Position numbers and translations under genes: made by a program
Assembly: GCA_965285935.1 (NCBI GenBank)
Contig: OZ260662.1
Coordinates: 70,866,001 to 70,930,000, forward strand
DNA: 64,000 nucleotides
From: Ophelia neglecta
Lineage: Eukaryota
Reading direction: 5' to 3'
Shown here: in pieces, positions 38,890 to 51,904 of the stretch
How positions within the stretch are numbered: position 1 is the stretch's first letter
How the letters are laid out: every line of letters begins with the position of its first letter
Notes under the pieces: generated by a model
Told to the model about the DNA's origin: nothing
The model's database searches: none
What the model saw: the letters and a program-made list of their open reading frames with translations, nothing else

Positions 38890-39067
38890 CAGTGAAACCT
38901 GTAAATTGAGATTACCCAAGGGACTGTAAAATATTGGTCTGATTAAGAAGGTGGTCTGTTTAGACGGGTCATTTAACGTTATGAGTGTGCAGGATGGTCT
39001 TTATATTTGTGGTCTAAATATAGAGGTGGTCTGAATATAGAGGTGGTCTTTAAGGCAGGTTTTACTG
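38890..39067. mobile_element. MITE in cassette intron, co-duplicated copy
   Basis: same element and same flanks as 34828-35005. Confidence 0.8.
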
Positions 39068-39469
39068 TAGTTAATTCAAGTCATACAGGTGGATTTCTTG
39101 AAAACAAAACACGCCCATTGAATAAAGAATAAGGGATTAGTTAATACTACAAGTAGTGTAGCTTATAAGTTTTAACCCAAAGGCTAGAGCAAAAACACAC
39201 AGTCTTCCAACATGCATATTTTAACTTCGGCCTCCAGCGTTTATAAATATGAGTACCGCAATGAACAACTTTTACGCCAACCGAAACGTGTACGGCTTCA
39301 TTGTATACCGATGAGCATAAAAACAATGCATGCACTTATACAATCATCCTCACTGATCCGTGGCGCTCGATCTCGAGGGTGCTTATGTGCAGAGCTACCA
39401 GATAAAGCCCACAAAGAATTCAGGATTAAATTATTTTGATCACAAACAACGCTTGACGCTTGACAGTAC

Positions 39470-39611
39470 CTGTGGTGACGTGCTCACAAAGTTCGACGGA
39501 TAAATCGCTGATTTCAACATCATCTATTCCATCTCGTCTGATGAGTATCTCCAAGTCACTGCCAACACTGCTCGTGCTTCTAACTATCGTGTCAGGGTTA
39601 GACACGGTTTC
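39470..39611 (-). CDS. Type I module exon B, copy 3
   Basis: 142 nt, open. Confidence 0.85.
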
Positions 39612-39737
39612 CTATGGATGTCAATTGCACATGAACACGATGCAAGCAGATCCTTCGATTAATTGCGCAAGAAATCAGATATTTAAAGTCATTATTATAT
39701 TAATGACGGAAGTGGACAAGTAGACAGAAAAAGTTAC

Positions 39738-40018
39738 CCATGGGCTTTCCTCCGATCCAATTCTGATCTTGACTTGAGTAGCTCCAGAAACCGTGAAAGA
39801 GTATCCTACAATTTGGTATGGTCCAGACGGTGAGACAATCTTCAGCAACACACTAACCGTGTCATCTGTGCTGGGTACCGTGTAAGAACCACCTGGACTA
39901 CCGTCCAGGGCGGAGCTAGCTTCATCGGTGATTTCTCCATCTGGGGAACTACCATAAACGGCAACCTCAAGGTTGGGGGTGTCAAAATTAATGACGGTGC
40001 TCTCCAAACAGGGGGTCA
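39738..40018 (-). CDS. Type I module exon A, copy 3
   Basis: 281 nt, open; differences from copies 1-2 include several synonymous changes. Confidence 0.85.
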
Positions 40019-40515
40019 CTGGTAACAATAGACGGTTTTAATTATCAATTGGGCTTAGTTTGCTTCACAATTATGATAAGATACTAATAGAAGTGATATT
40101 GACATAATACAAAATGCAGAGTATAAATCTAGAATTCTTTCACAATGAAATTAATAATCTTTTATAATAAAAATATCAGGATAAAGAAGATAAGTACATG
40201 GTTTATATAATATCTATGCTATTGTGACATACTTATTATATGCATTCCATATAAAATAAACATTGCATTGTTACTTCAATTGGCACTATTTGGCATTGCA
40301 CGAAGCATCCGTGTACATGCACGATCGAATGCTAAATTCAATGAGATTCACGAAGTATCAAAATTATTGTATTACAAGTGCCCATAGGTGGAATGAAGAT
40401 TACTTCAATAGATGGATAATTGATAAGAATCTTGTATCAAGATAAGCAACTTATAAATTTGGTTCAATATATATAATGATTGTAAAAATGATCGAAGAAT
40501 AACAGCAATACGCAC

Positions 40516-40539
40516 CTGTGGTCATTTCTGCTGTTGTTG
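40516..40539 (-). CDS. 24-nt microexon (ATTAEMTT), diverged copy
   Basis: same splice context as the other 24-nt microexons although the wider intron flanks have diverged. Confidence 0.72.
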
Positions 40540-42539
40540 CTGAAATAAAGAAATGTAAATATCATTACTTGATGTTCTTGGTCACGCTGGTCTCTACACA
40601 TGATTAATCTTTGTGTGAAAAATGTGTTCTTATTATCCAACACCTTTTTATGCTAAAGCTGTGTTAAACAAAACTGTGGTTTAACAATAAAAAATTGAAC
40701 GTCATTCATAAAGCCTGGATAATATTCGCAGAGACGTTGATAAGATCAGCAAGCAACTTTGTGCGTGATAACGTCTCTCTTGATTTCAATAAGGCATTTA
40801 CCATGTGCCCTTACACTGCAAATATCAAGTTCAGGGTATATCGGTATATAATGAAATCTGTGGAAAAAAATGTTCATCATGAATTAAATCATCTTATACT
40901 GATCTTTGCAACTAAGGGCTTCCAATTACGATTATTGTTTTAAAGTCGTTCAGTCAACGGCCTCTGATTATTTTGTTCTGTTCCTGACGTTATTTCTGAA
41001 ATCAGGAAACATTCGCGCGGAGGAACCGGTATCATGAATGTGTATTTGGGTTTTATTTTAATTCGATGCGATACAGAAATAATGAACCACAACGAGTTTG
41101 CATATGAAGATGTTACCATTTCTGAACATCCTCAATAATACTGCAGAACCGAAAAAGTAAAGGCGTCAATGAGCCGAGAAAAAGAGACTGCAATTGTTGT
41201 TGAGTGCAATGAAGGGCAGTGGCAATGTCTGATTTACCCAGTGACAACTAGTAGGAAACACACCTGAAACATATGCAAACATCGCACTAATGTTAGTTAT
41301 TTGGGTATAAAGTCTTTATGAGCAAATTAAAAATCCAAATTGTTACGGTGTACGGAATCATGTCTTCTATTGGAATATACGGTTTTCCAGCAATGTGCCC
41401 GGCGTGCCACACAAGCAATGGAGTCTCCATGCACTTAACATGGAGAAGCTGTAGAGTCTGGTGCTATTGCTCATAATAATGCAGCCATGTGTATTAACTC
41501 TTAACCTGATTGAAAACTGCTTATCAAGGCTTTGCTTTTTGGTTCCAAACTGGTTGCATGATGGAGTCTGCAAGGCGTTAGAATCGAGAACATTGTTATG
41601 TAACAAGCTAGAGAGTACCAGGCCCAGATTTCCTTGAGTCTTATTCACCGATTTTGTAAATGCTGAATCGAGGATGTTTGTACGTAAATCATCGTTTTCG
41701 CATCAGAAACAGGAAAAATGCGACTGGAAAAACAAATCTCCCCAATAACGTTGGGATTTTTCGAGTTGCCTTGTGCCAATGGAACAATATCTGCCGAGAA
41801 GGTAGAATGTTTGAGATTTCGGCGTTATAGTGTGGTCACTTCCAACCTAGCTCTGGTGTACTTTATGTCTATAAAGTCACAAAAAAGCTCAGGTCCACCT
41901 TAAATCTTTGAAGCTCTGTAAGGCCAACATCATCGCTAGACTTACATTCAGTATTTAAGTGAGCACTGAATAATAGAAAATACTAAGTGGAGAGCTACGT
42001 CTTAATTATTTCGGTTTTAAAACAAAGCTTTAACGAGTCAAACACATATGACCAAGAGCAGCTAACACTATATTGTGGCTACATGATTAGTTAATACTCT
42101 CCTTCATACTCCTTTATTCACTATGAACCAATACTTTAGGCCAAAGTTATATAACATATATTAACAATATATGATTATATTCCTAGTCAGCAAATATTGA
42201 TCCTTCCCCATCACTCTCATCACGGCCAAATCATTTTTTCTAGCCTCGATATGTTGATTTTCGTGGAGTAGGCTGTAGTTACTCAAGTTTATCGCATTGT
42301 TTTTATTTGTTGTTGTTCCATATTGTTTTCCTGTCTAGTAACACAAAGTTTATCGCTTTGTTTTTCTTGTATTTCTCTTGTTCCGTTAACAGGTATTATT
42401 CATTTAATATGCTTCATAACCATCATAAAAATATCTAGGTATTTCGAAATGTTACGTATGCATGTTAATAATTGATATTGTTTGTATTCATTATACATTT
42501 TTTGTAGCCATTTTATGTTTACCACATGCCTCAGTCAAA

Positions 42540-42767
42540 ATAAGTTTCGATTCAACTTATTTAATTATACGGCCTTGGCGGATTTATACCCTTGCAGATT
42601 AAACCGACCGCGTACCTTGTGCCGGCGACAGTGGATAAACGACTTAGATTTAATGCATAGCTCGGTTTATGTCATTGATAAATTGACCATCAGAAATAAG
42701 GTAAAATAGAGCGAATTCACGTTTATGGGGATGTTTTCAGAAAAGTTAATTCATAACATGGTATAAA
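42540..42767 (-). pseudogene. Decayed pseudo-exon: dead copy of module exon A
   Basis: residual PCYELT, EFALF..SDG and TVAGTRYAVGLICKGINPPRPYN*, with stops and frameshifts, ~126 nt downstream of a PTS exon as in live units. Confidence 0.8.
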
Positions 42768-42893
42768 CTATGCTTCTGCAGAATAAGACAAGCCAGTGTG
42801 TGAATTGCTTCCACGTGTGTGGATTTTGATGGGCCTTCTGTTGTGTTCCAATGGCAAAGCTGAAAGCAATGTACAAAAGCTAGTGATACTGAC

Positions 42894-43595
42894 CACTAAC
42901 AGTTGACTCTGTCGTTGGTGGTGTAGTTGTGGTTGCAGGCGGTGAAAAAGAAGATGATGCTGTAGTAAGGATAGTTGGGAGGGTCTTGATTGGTAGAGAA
43001 GTGGGTGCTGTAGTTGGATTACCCGTTGTTCCGGTTGGCGGCATAAGCGTTAATGTTGTACTTAGCATAGTTGTGGATGTTGTTGTCGGTGTATACGCGA
43101 TAGTTGTTGCCGGTAGAATAGAAATTTGGTTAGTTGGCACAGTAGGTGGCACAGTGGTTGGTTCTGTGGTCAATGAAGTAGTGTACTCTGTAGTAGGCAT
43201 GGTTGTCGGAATAGTTGTGGGTGCAGTAGTGGGACCAGTTGTAGGAGCTGTTGTCTGCACAGTTGTGGGTGCTGTAGTTTGAGCAGTTATGGGTGTTGTT
43301 GTCGTCACAGTTATTGGTGCTGTAGTTGGTGTAGCAGTAGGTGATGTTGTTGGAGCAGTTGTGGGGGCTGTTGTGGGCACAGTTGAAGGTGCTGTAGTCG
43401 ATAAAGTTGTTGGTGCTGTAGTTGGAGCAGTTGTTGGTGCTGTAGTCGGTGTAGAAGTAGGTGATGGTGTTGGACCAGTTGTGGGTGCGGTTGTGGGCAC
43501 AGTTGTGGGTCTTGTTGTCTGTGCAGCTGTGGTAACTGTGGTTGGAGCAGTTGTGGATGCTGTTGTCGGCACAGTTGTCTGTGATGTAGTTGGGC
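42894..43595 (-). CDS. Large PTS exon (234 codons, TTAP-rich)
   Basis: 702 nt, phase 1-1; atttcag acceptor, gtcagt donor. Confidence 0.88.
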
Positions 43596-44869
43596 CTGAA
43601 ATTATTTAACATGTAATCAAGTATCGCTTTCATGCCCGCAAATAGAATTCCACGTCCTACCGTAGCAAATTACTAAAGTAGACTTGATCTAATAGCTGTA
43701 GTATTTCATGGTGACGTCGGGCTTGTCTTGCTTACCATGGTTGTTACATGTGTGCCTGAGGTCAGTCTTATATCACGTTGTCTCGAATAACAATGCAAAT
43801 TGTAACTTATATGCCTTGTATTCATTCGAGGACGCAAGGGAAAGCCTCCAGAAATCAAAGAAAAAATCGATGGCTAACACGGACGAATGGAGGAGTCTAA
43901 AAAACCTTTTCGGGTAAACCCATTATAAAATCTGGAGGACACGAGACACGAGGACTCTAACCAATAGGCCTTTTTAAACTGCTAGAAAGGAGAGTGTTGT
44001 GTTTGATTCATTAACAAACAGTAAACCATTTCCAGCTTGTATGGTTCTGATTTGTCCATATGTTCAAAGTTTGCAATTACATAGTAATCGAAATCGATTC
44101 AATTAATCGAACAAATACATCATGAATATTAACTTATATGTTGTGTCTTATTGGACCTTCTGGCAACAGAGCCATGTTGGTCGGCCCCACTTGACTTTAC
44201 GGAGAGGACTGGTTGTCTTTCCTCGAATTGAAAGTCTGAGTGGATTAAGTGAAGTATATTTTGATGAAGTAAGTTTGTGTCAGAATAAAAATCCAATTCG
44301 ACGTAAGGAAGAGGAATATTCTGGCAGGGTTTCTGCAGCTGGACTGCCTTATTCTGAACCATGCTTTAGGTCGCCTTAGTTCGTTTGCGCTCTTTTTTCT
44401 GCATTGAACATACTTTTACAAGCATGGTCGTCTGTGTTTTAAATTTTGTCAACTGACAGCAAGACAATAAACAATTATATTAATCGTTCCTATCAACTTT
44501 CGTCATTGAGGAAATATGAGGAGATAAATGGCATTCAGACTGGCAAGGCAATGATTGACATAAACACCTGAAATTAGGTTTCGAACTGACATCCTATATG
44601 TAGGATGGATCTGCTGCTGTCCAGAGCTTATCAAATGGAACCGATTATATTCTCTCTAAATGCATATTATCACAATAGAAACCTAATTTCCTTGTCTTTA
44701 GCCTAACCTGATACATAATAACTCATTTCAAGCTTTACCTAAATAACCTTAATATAACGAACCCTTGTTTTCTTTGTCATGCAGAAGCATCTGTTATAAT
44801 TGGGAATAAACATTTTACGTGGTTTAAAATGGAAGACAAAAGTCAAAGTTGATTAGCAAAATCTATTAC

Positions 44870-45016
44870 CTGGTGTGAAATGTTCGCAAATTTCAACAGA
44901 TAAGTCGTTTATTATGACATCACTTGATCCATTGCGATAGAAAACAAATTCCACTTCGTTGCACTTATACCGTAAAGTTGTATTGTGTCAGTGGCATCAG
45001 GGTTATCAATCGGCTC
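44870..45016 (-). pseudogene. Type II module exon B, edge copy with 7-nt deletion (frameshift and stop)
   Basis: 147 nt versus 154 nt in six sisters; gttgc-acttat versus gttgc-ccgtttt-acttat. Confidence 0.75.
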
Positions 45017-45633
45017 CTATGCAACATGGAAAGCGGCAAGACACCATTACTAATCACCACAACTAGTATTACATACCCAAACATTGTGGTTTGAAGACAA
45101 AATAACGGCCAATAAACAATATCTGAGGAAGGATTCAAATGTTTTCTTTCAACTTGAGTCGAAAACTTAAATTTTAGCCAGAGACATATAACAACAACTG
45201 GCCAAACGAAGAACTTGAATTCCAAAAAAATGATTTCAGGAACAAACCAATCCATTCAAGGCTTAAGCGCCGACTAGGTTATATATGCGTCTAAAAGTAA
45301 AACAAGTTCCGTGCCATATACAATGACCCCAATAGACGAATAAGTCCATAGAATCTGCGCAGTTGGGTTGATTCTTCTAACTATTTATTCAAAGAATAGC
45401 TAGGTGTTAATTCCTTAGGCCTTAATTAAACGTATCTGTTAAGGGTCAAACGCATGATATCAACAGCAGCATAACACTATATTGTGTCTATAGGAAGAGA
45501 TAATGCCCTCCTCTTTCATAAACTAGGATCCTGTCCTGTTTTTGGCCCATTTTCCTCAGATTCCTAAAAATCAGACGCATAATTACATACGAATATTGCT
45601 CCTACTTGAGCGGTCAACAAATATTGCTCCTAC

Positions 45634-45914
45634 CCCATCAGACTCATCACCGCCAAATCTAACTTTGTTTCTCGATGCACCAGTGATGTTGAATGAGTAG
45701 CCTATAAAATTATACGGCCCTGGCGGATTTATCATCTTCAGTAGTAAGCCGACCGTGGTGCTTGTGCCGGGGACAGTGTAAGAGCCACTTGGACTTCCAA
45801 GCCAAGCTGGACTTGCGTCACTCGTAACTTCTCCATCAGGAGAAGTCCCAAATAGAGCGATTTCAGGGTTTCTCGTGTTGAAATCCAACACAGTTGATTC
45901 CAAACAAGGCGTAA
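45634..45914 (-). CDS. Type II module exon A, unit 1
   Basis: 281 nt, phase 1-0; its partner exon B is broken, so it may be skipped. Confidence 0.6.
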
Positions 45915-46043
45915 CTAGAATGGTGCAAAAATTAATAAGGCAGTGCACTGCAAGCTTCCTAGAAGGCAAATAGTTATATGCTAGGGGTTTTGCGAGATAT
46001 ATGGCAGAAGCACTTTTTCCACTAAAGATAATTCGATACGTAC

Positions 46044-46640
46044 CACTAACAGTTGACGACAATGTAGTTTGCGATGTTGAGGGAACAGTAGTTGTAACGG
46101 TAGAACTTGCGGTAGTTGTGGGTGCCGTGGTTGTTAAGGTAGTGGGTGCCGAAGTTGAGGCAGTAGAAGGCGCGGTAGTTGTGATAGTCGTTGGAGCTGT
46201 TGTCGGCGAAGTTATGGGTGCTGTTGTCGGAATAGTTGTGGGTGCAGTAGTGGGACCAGTTGTAGGAGCTGTTGTCTGCACAGTTGTGGGTGCTGTAGTT
46301 TGAGCAGTTGTGGGTGTTGTTGTCGTCACAGTTATTGGTGCTGTAGTTGGTGTAGCAGTAGGTGATGTTGTTGGAGCAGTTGTGGGGGCTGTTGTGGGCA
46401 CAGTTGAAGGTGCTGTAGTCGATAAAGTTGTGGGTGCTGTAGTTTGAGCAGTCGTGGGTGCTGTAGTTGGAGCAGTTGTTGGTGCTGTAGTCGGTGTAGA
46501 AGTAGGTGATGGTGTTGGACCAGTTGTGGGTGCGGTTGTGGGCGCTGTTGTGGGGCCTGTTGTCTGTGCAGCTGTGGTAGCTGTGGTTGGAGCAGTTGTG
46601 GATGCTGTTGTCGGCACAGTTGTCTGTGATGTAGTTGGTC
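46044..46640 (-). CDS. PTS exon, type II unit 1 (199 codons)
   Basis: 597 nt, phase 1-1. Confidence 0.88.
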
Positions 46641-47924
46641 CTGAAATATTTAACATGTAATCAAGTATCGCTTTCATTCCCGCAAATAGAATTCGCCGTC
46701 CTATCATAGCAAATTACTAAAGAAGACTTGATCTAATAGCTGTAGTATTTCATGGTGACGTCGGGCTAGTCTGGCATACCTCTATTGTTACATGTGTGCC
46801 CGAGGTCAGATTTATATCACGTAGTCCTGAATAACAATGCATATTTTAAAAATAAATGCCTTGTATTCTTTCAAAGCGCGAGGGAAAACCTCCAAAAAAC
46901 AAATTAGAAACCAACGGGTAACACGGACGAATGGAAGAGTTTTTAGAACATATTTTCGGGTAAACCCATTTTAAATTCTATGGGACACGAGACCACTCAA
47001 ACCAAAAAGCCTTTTAAACTGCTAAAAAGGAGAGTGTTGTGTTTGATTTAGTAACAAACAGTAAACCATTTCCAGCTTGAATGGTTCTGATTTGTCCATA
47101 TTTTCAAAGTTGACAATTACATATTAATCGAAATAGTTTCAAATAATGGAACAAATGTATGATGAATATTAACTTATTAGTGGTGTCTTGTTGGACCTTC
47201 TGGCAACAGGGTCATTTCAGTCGGCCCCACCTGATTTTACGGAGGGGAGGTGTTGGCTTTTCTCGAATTGAAAGTCTTAGCAGATTAAGGGACGTATATC
47301 TATGTACACAAGTCTTCATTAAGTATTTTTGTGTCCGAATAAAAATCCAATTCGACGTAAGGAAGAGGAATCTTCTGGCAGGGTTTCTGCCGCTGGACTG
47401 CCCTATTCTGAACCATGCTTTAGGTCGCCTTAGTTCGTTTGCGCTCTTGTGTCTGCATTCAACATACTTTTACAAGTATGGCCGTTTGATTTTTAAATTT
47501 AGTCAACTGACAGCAATGACAATAAATAATTATATTACTCGTTCCTATCAACTTTCGTCATTAAGGGAATATAAGAGGTAAATGGCATTCAGACTGGCAA
47601 GGCAATGATTGACATAAAACACCTGAAATTAGGTTTCGAACTGACATCCTATATGTAGGATGGATCTGCTGCTGTCCAGAGCTTATCAAATGGAACCGAT
47701 TATATTCTCTCTAAATGCATATTATCACAATAGAAACCTAATTTCCTTGTCTTTAGCCTAATCTGATACATATTAACTCGTTTCAAGCTTTGCCTAAATA
47801 ACCTTAATATAGCGAACTCCTGCTTTCCTTCTCATGCAGAAGCATCTGTTATAATTGGAAATAAACATTTTACGTGGTTTAAAATGGAAGTCATAAGTCA
47901 AAGTTGATTAGAAAAATCTATTAC

Positions 47925-48078
47925 CTGGTGTGAAATGTTCGCAAATTTCAACAGATAAGTCGTTTATTATGACATCACTTGATCCATTGCGATAGAAAAC
48001 AAATTCCACTTCGTTGCCCGTTTTACTTATACCGTAAAGTTGTATTGTGTCAGTGGCATCAGGGTTATCAATCGGCTC
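47925..48078 (-). CDS. Type II module exon B, unit 2 (EPIDNPDATD...DLSVEICEHFTP)
   Basis: 154 nt, phase 0-1; ttgcatag acceptor, gtaata donor. Confidence 0.85.
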
Positions 48079-48770
48079 CTATGCAACATGGAAAGCGGCA
48101 AGACACCATTACTAATCACCACAACTAGTATTACATACCCAAACATTGTGGTTTGAAGACAAAATAACGGCCAATAAACAATATCTGAGGAAGGATTCAA
48201 ATGTTTTCTTTCAACTTGAGTCGAAAACTTAAATTTTAGCCAGAGACATATAACAACAACTGGCCAAACGAAGAACTTGAATTCCAAATAATGATTTCAG
48301 GAACAAACCAATCCATTCAAGGCTTAAGCGCCCACTAGGTTATATATGCGTCTTAAAGTAAAACAAGTTCCGAGCCATTTACAATGACCCCAATAGACGA
48401 ACAAGTCCATAGAAACAGCACAGTTGGGTTGATTCTTCTGACAATTTATTCAAAGAATAGCTAGGTGTTAATTCGTTAGGCCTTATTACACGTAGCTGTT
48501 AAGGGTCAAACGCATGTTATCAACAGCAGCATAACACTAAATTGTGTCTATGGGAATAGATAATGCCCTCCTCTTTCATAAACTAGGATCCTGTCCTGTT
48601 TCCGGCCCATTTTCCTCAGATATCCTTTTATTGCTACGAACTTGAAAAGTCAGACGCATAATTACATACGAATATTTAATACATGTATATATATGTATAT
48701 ATATATATCTTATTTCAAGCAGTCAACAAATATTGCTCCTACTTGAGCGGTTAACAAATATTGCTCCTAC

Positions 48771-49051
48771 CCCATCAGACTCATCACCGCCAAATCTAAC
48801 TTTGTATCTCGATGCACCAGTGATGTTGAATGAGTAGCCTAAAAAATTATACGGCCCTGGCGGATTTATCATCTTCAGTAGTAAGCCGACCGTGGTGCTT
48901 GTGCCGGGGACAGTGTATGAGCCACTTGGACTTCCAAGCCAAGCTGGACTTGCGTCACTCGTAACTTCTCCATCAGGAGAAGTCCCAAATAGAGCCATTT
49001 CAGGGTTTCTCGTGTTGAAATCAAACACAGTTGATTCCAAACAAAGCGTAA
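48771..49051 (-). CDS. Type II module exon A, unit 2
   Basis: 281 nt; cattctag acceptor, gtagga donor. Confidence 0.82.
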
Positions 49052-49177
49052 CTAGAATGGTGCAAAAATTAATAAGGCAGTGCACTGCAAGCTTCCTAGA
49101 AGGCATAGTTATATGCTAGGGGTTTTGCGAGATATATGGCAGAAGCACTTTTCCACTAAAGCTAATTCGATACGTAC

Positions 49178-49774
49178 CACTAACAGTTGACGACAACGTA
49201 GTTTGCGATGTTGAGGGAACAGTAGTTGTAACGGTAGAACTTGCGGTAGTTGTGGGTGCCGTGGTTGTTAAGGTAGTGGGTGCCGAAGTTGAGGCAGTAG
49301 AAGGCGCGGTAGTTGTGAGAGTCGTTGGAGCTGTTGTCGGCGAAGTTATGGGTGCTGTTGTCGGAATAGTTGTGGGTGCAGTAGTGGGACCAGTTGTAGG
49401 AGCTGTTGTCTGCACAGTTGTGGGTGCTGTAGTTTGAGCAGTTGTGGGTGTTGTTGTTGTCACAGTTATTGGTGCTGTAGTTGGTGTAGCAGTAGGTGAT
49501 GTTGTTGGAGCAGTTGTGGGGGCTGTTGTGGGCACAGTTGAAGGTGCTGTAGTCGATAAAGTTGTGGGTGCTGTAGTTTGAGCAGTTGTGGGTGCTGTAG
49601 TTGGAGCAGTTGTTGGTGCTGTAGTCGGTGTAGAAGTAGGTGATGGTGTTGGACCAGTTGTGGGTGCGGTTGTGGGCGCAGTCGTGGGGCCTGTTGTCTG
49701 TGCAGCTGTGGTAGCTGTGGTTGGAGCAGTTGTGGATGCTGTTGTCGGCACAGTTGTCTGTGATGTAGTTGGTC
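49178..49774 (-). CDS. PTS exon, type II unit 2
   Basis: 597 nt, phase 1-1. Confidence 0.88.
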
Positions 49775-51058
49775 CTGAAATATTTAACATGTAATCAAGT
49801 ATCGCTTTCATGCCCGCAAATAGAATTCCACGTCCTACCGTAGCAAATTATTAAAGTAGACTTGATCTAATAGCTGTAGTGTTTCATGGTAACGTCGGGC
49901 TAGTCTGGCATACCTCTATAGTTACATGTGTGCCCGAGGTCAGATTTATATTACGTAGTCCTGAATAACAATGCATATTTTAAAAATAAATGCCTTGTAT
50001 TCATTCAAAGCGCGAGGGAAAACCTCCAAAAAACAAAGTAGAAACCAAAGGGTAACACGGACGAATGGAAGAGTTTTTAGAACATATTTTCGGGTAAACC
50101 CATTGTAAATTCTAGGGGACACGAGACCACTCAAACCAAAAAGCCTTTTAAACTGCTAAAAAGGAGAGTGTTGTGTTTGATTCAGTAACAAACAGTAAAC
50201 CATTTCCAGCTTGAATGGTTCTGATTTGTCCATATGTTCAAAGTTGACAATTACATATTTATCGAAATAGTTTCAAATAATGGAACAAATGTATGATGAA
50301 TATTAACTTATAAGTGGTGTCTTGTTGGACCTTCTGGCAACAGGGTCATGTCAGTCGGTCCCACCTGATTTTACGGAGAGGAGGTGTTGTCTTTTCTCGA
50401 ATTGAAAGTCTTAGCGGATTAAGGGACGTATATCTATATACACAAGTCTTGATTAAGTATTTTTGTGTCCGAATAAAAATCCAATTCGACGTTAGGAAGA
50501 GGAATCTTTTGGCAGGGTTTCTGCCGCTGGACTGCCCTATTCTGAACCATGCTTTAGGTCGCCTTAGTTCGTTTGCGCTCTTGTGTCTGAATTCAACATA
50601 CTTTTACAAGTATGGCCTTTAAATTTTTAAATTTAGTCAACTGACAGCAATGACAATAAACAATTATATTACTCGTTCCTATCAACTTTCGTCATTAAGG
50701 GAATATTAGGAGATAAATGGCATTCAGACTGGCAAGCAATGACTGACATAAAACACCTGAAATTAGGTTTCGAACTGACATCCTATATGTAGGATGGATC
50801 TGCTGCTGTCCAGAGCTTTTCAAATGGAACCGATTATATTCTCTCTAAATGCATATTATCACAATAGAAACCTAATTTCCTTGTCTTTAGCTTAATCTGA
50901 TACATATAAACTCGTTTCAAGCTTTGCCTAAATAACCTTAATATAGCGAACTCCTGTTTTCCTTCTCATGCAGAAGCATCTGTTATAATTGGAAATAAAC
51001 ATTTTACGTGGTTTAAAATGGAAGACATAAGTCAAAGTTGATTAGAAAAATCTATTAC

Positions 51059-51212
51059 CTGGTGTGAAATATTCGCAAATTTCAACAGATAAGTCGTTAA
51101 TTATGACATCACTTGATCCATTGCGATAGAAAACAAATTCCACTTCGTTGCCCGTTTTACTTATACCGTAAAGTTGTATTGTGTCAGTGGCATCAGGGTT
51201 ATCAATCGGCTC
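51059..51212 (-). CDS. Type II module exon B, unit 3
   Basis: 154 nt, open. Confidence 0.85.
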
Positions 51213-51904
51213 CTATGCAACATGGAAAGCGGCAAGACACCATTACTTATCACCACAACTAGTATTACATACCCAAATATTGTGGTTTGAAGACAAAATA
51301 ACGGCCAATAAACAATATCTGAGGAAGGATTCAAATGTTTTCTTTCAACTTGAGTCGAAAACTTAAATTTTAGCTAGAGACATATAACAACAACTGGCCA
51401 AACGAAGAACTTGAATTCCAAAAAATGATTTCAGGAACAAACCAATCCATTCAAGGCTTAAGCGCCCACTAGGTTATATATGCGTCTAAAAGTAAAACAA
51501 GTTACGAGCCATTTACAATGACCCCAATAGACGAATAAGTCCATAGAAACTGCACAGTTGGGTTGATTCTTCTGACAATATATTCAAAGAATAGCTAGGT
51601 GTTAATTCGTTAGGCCTTATTACACGTAGCTGTTAAGGGTCGGACGCATGTTATCAACAGCAGCATAACACTATATTGTGTCTATGGGAATAGATAATGC
51701 CCTCCTCTTTCATAAACTAGGATCCTGTCCTGTTTTCGGCCCATTTTCCTCAGATATCCTTTTATTGCTACGAACTTGAAAAGTCAGACGCATAATTACA
51801 TACGAATATTTAATACATGTATATATATGTATATATATATATCTTTTTTCAAGCAGTCAACAAATATTGCTCCTACTTGAGCGGTCAACAAATATTGCTC
51901 CTAC

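Larger units (their letters stand above)
31586..40580. repeat. Intragenic tandem array of ~3.8-4.1-kb five-exon cassettes (type I), about 2.3 units
   Basis: exon B ends at 31586, 35409 and 39470; introns co-duplicated. Confidence 0.93.

Noticed and set aside
45583-46707. 374-aa ORF as a stand-alone gene
   Set aside because: Chance read-through of a 129-nt intron in one unit; sister units have different intron lengths that break the frame, while the splice sites are conserved
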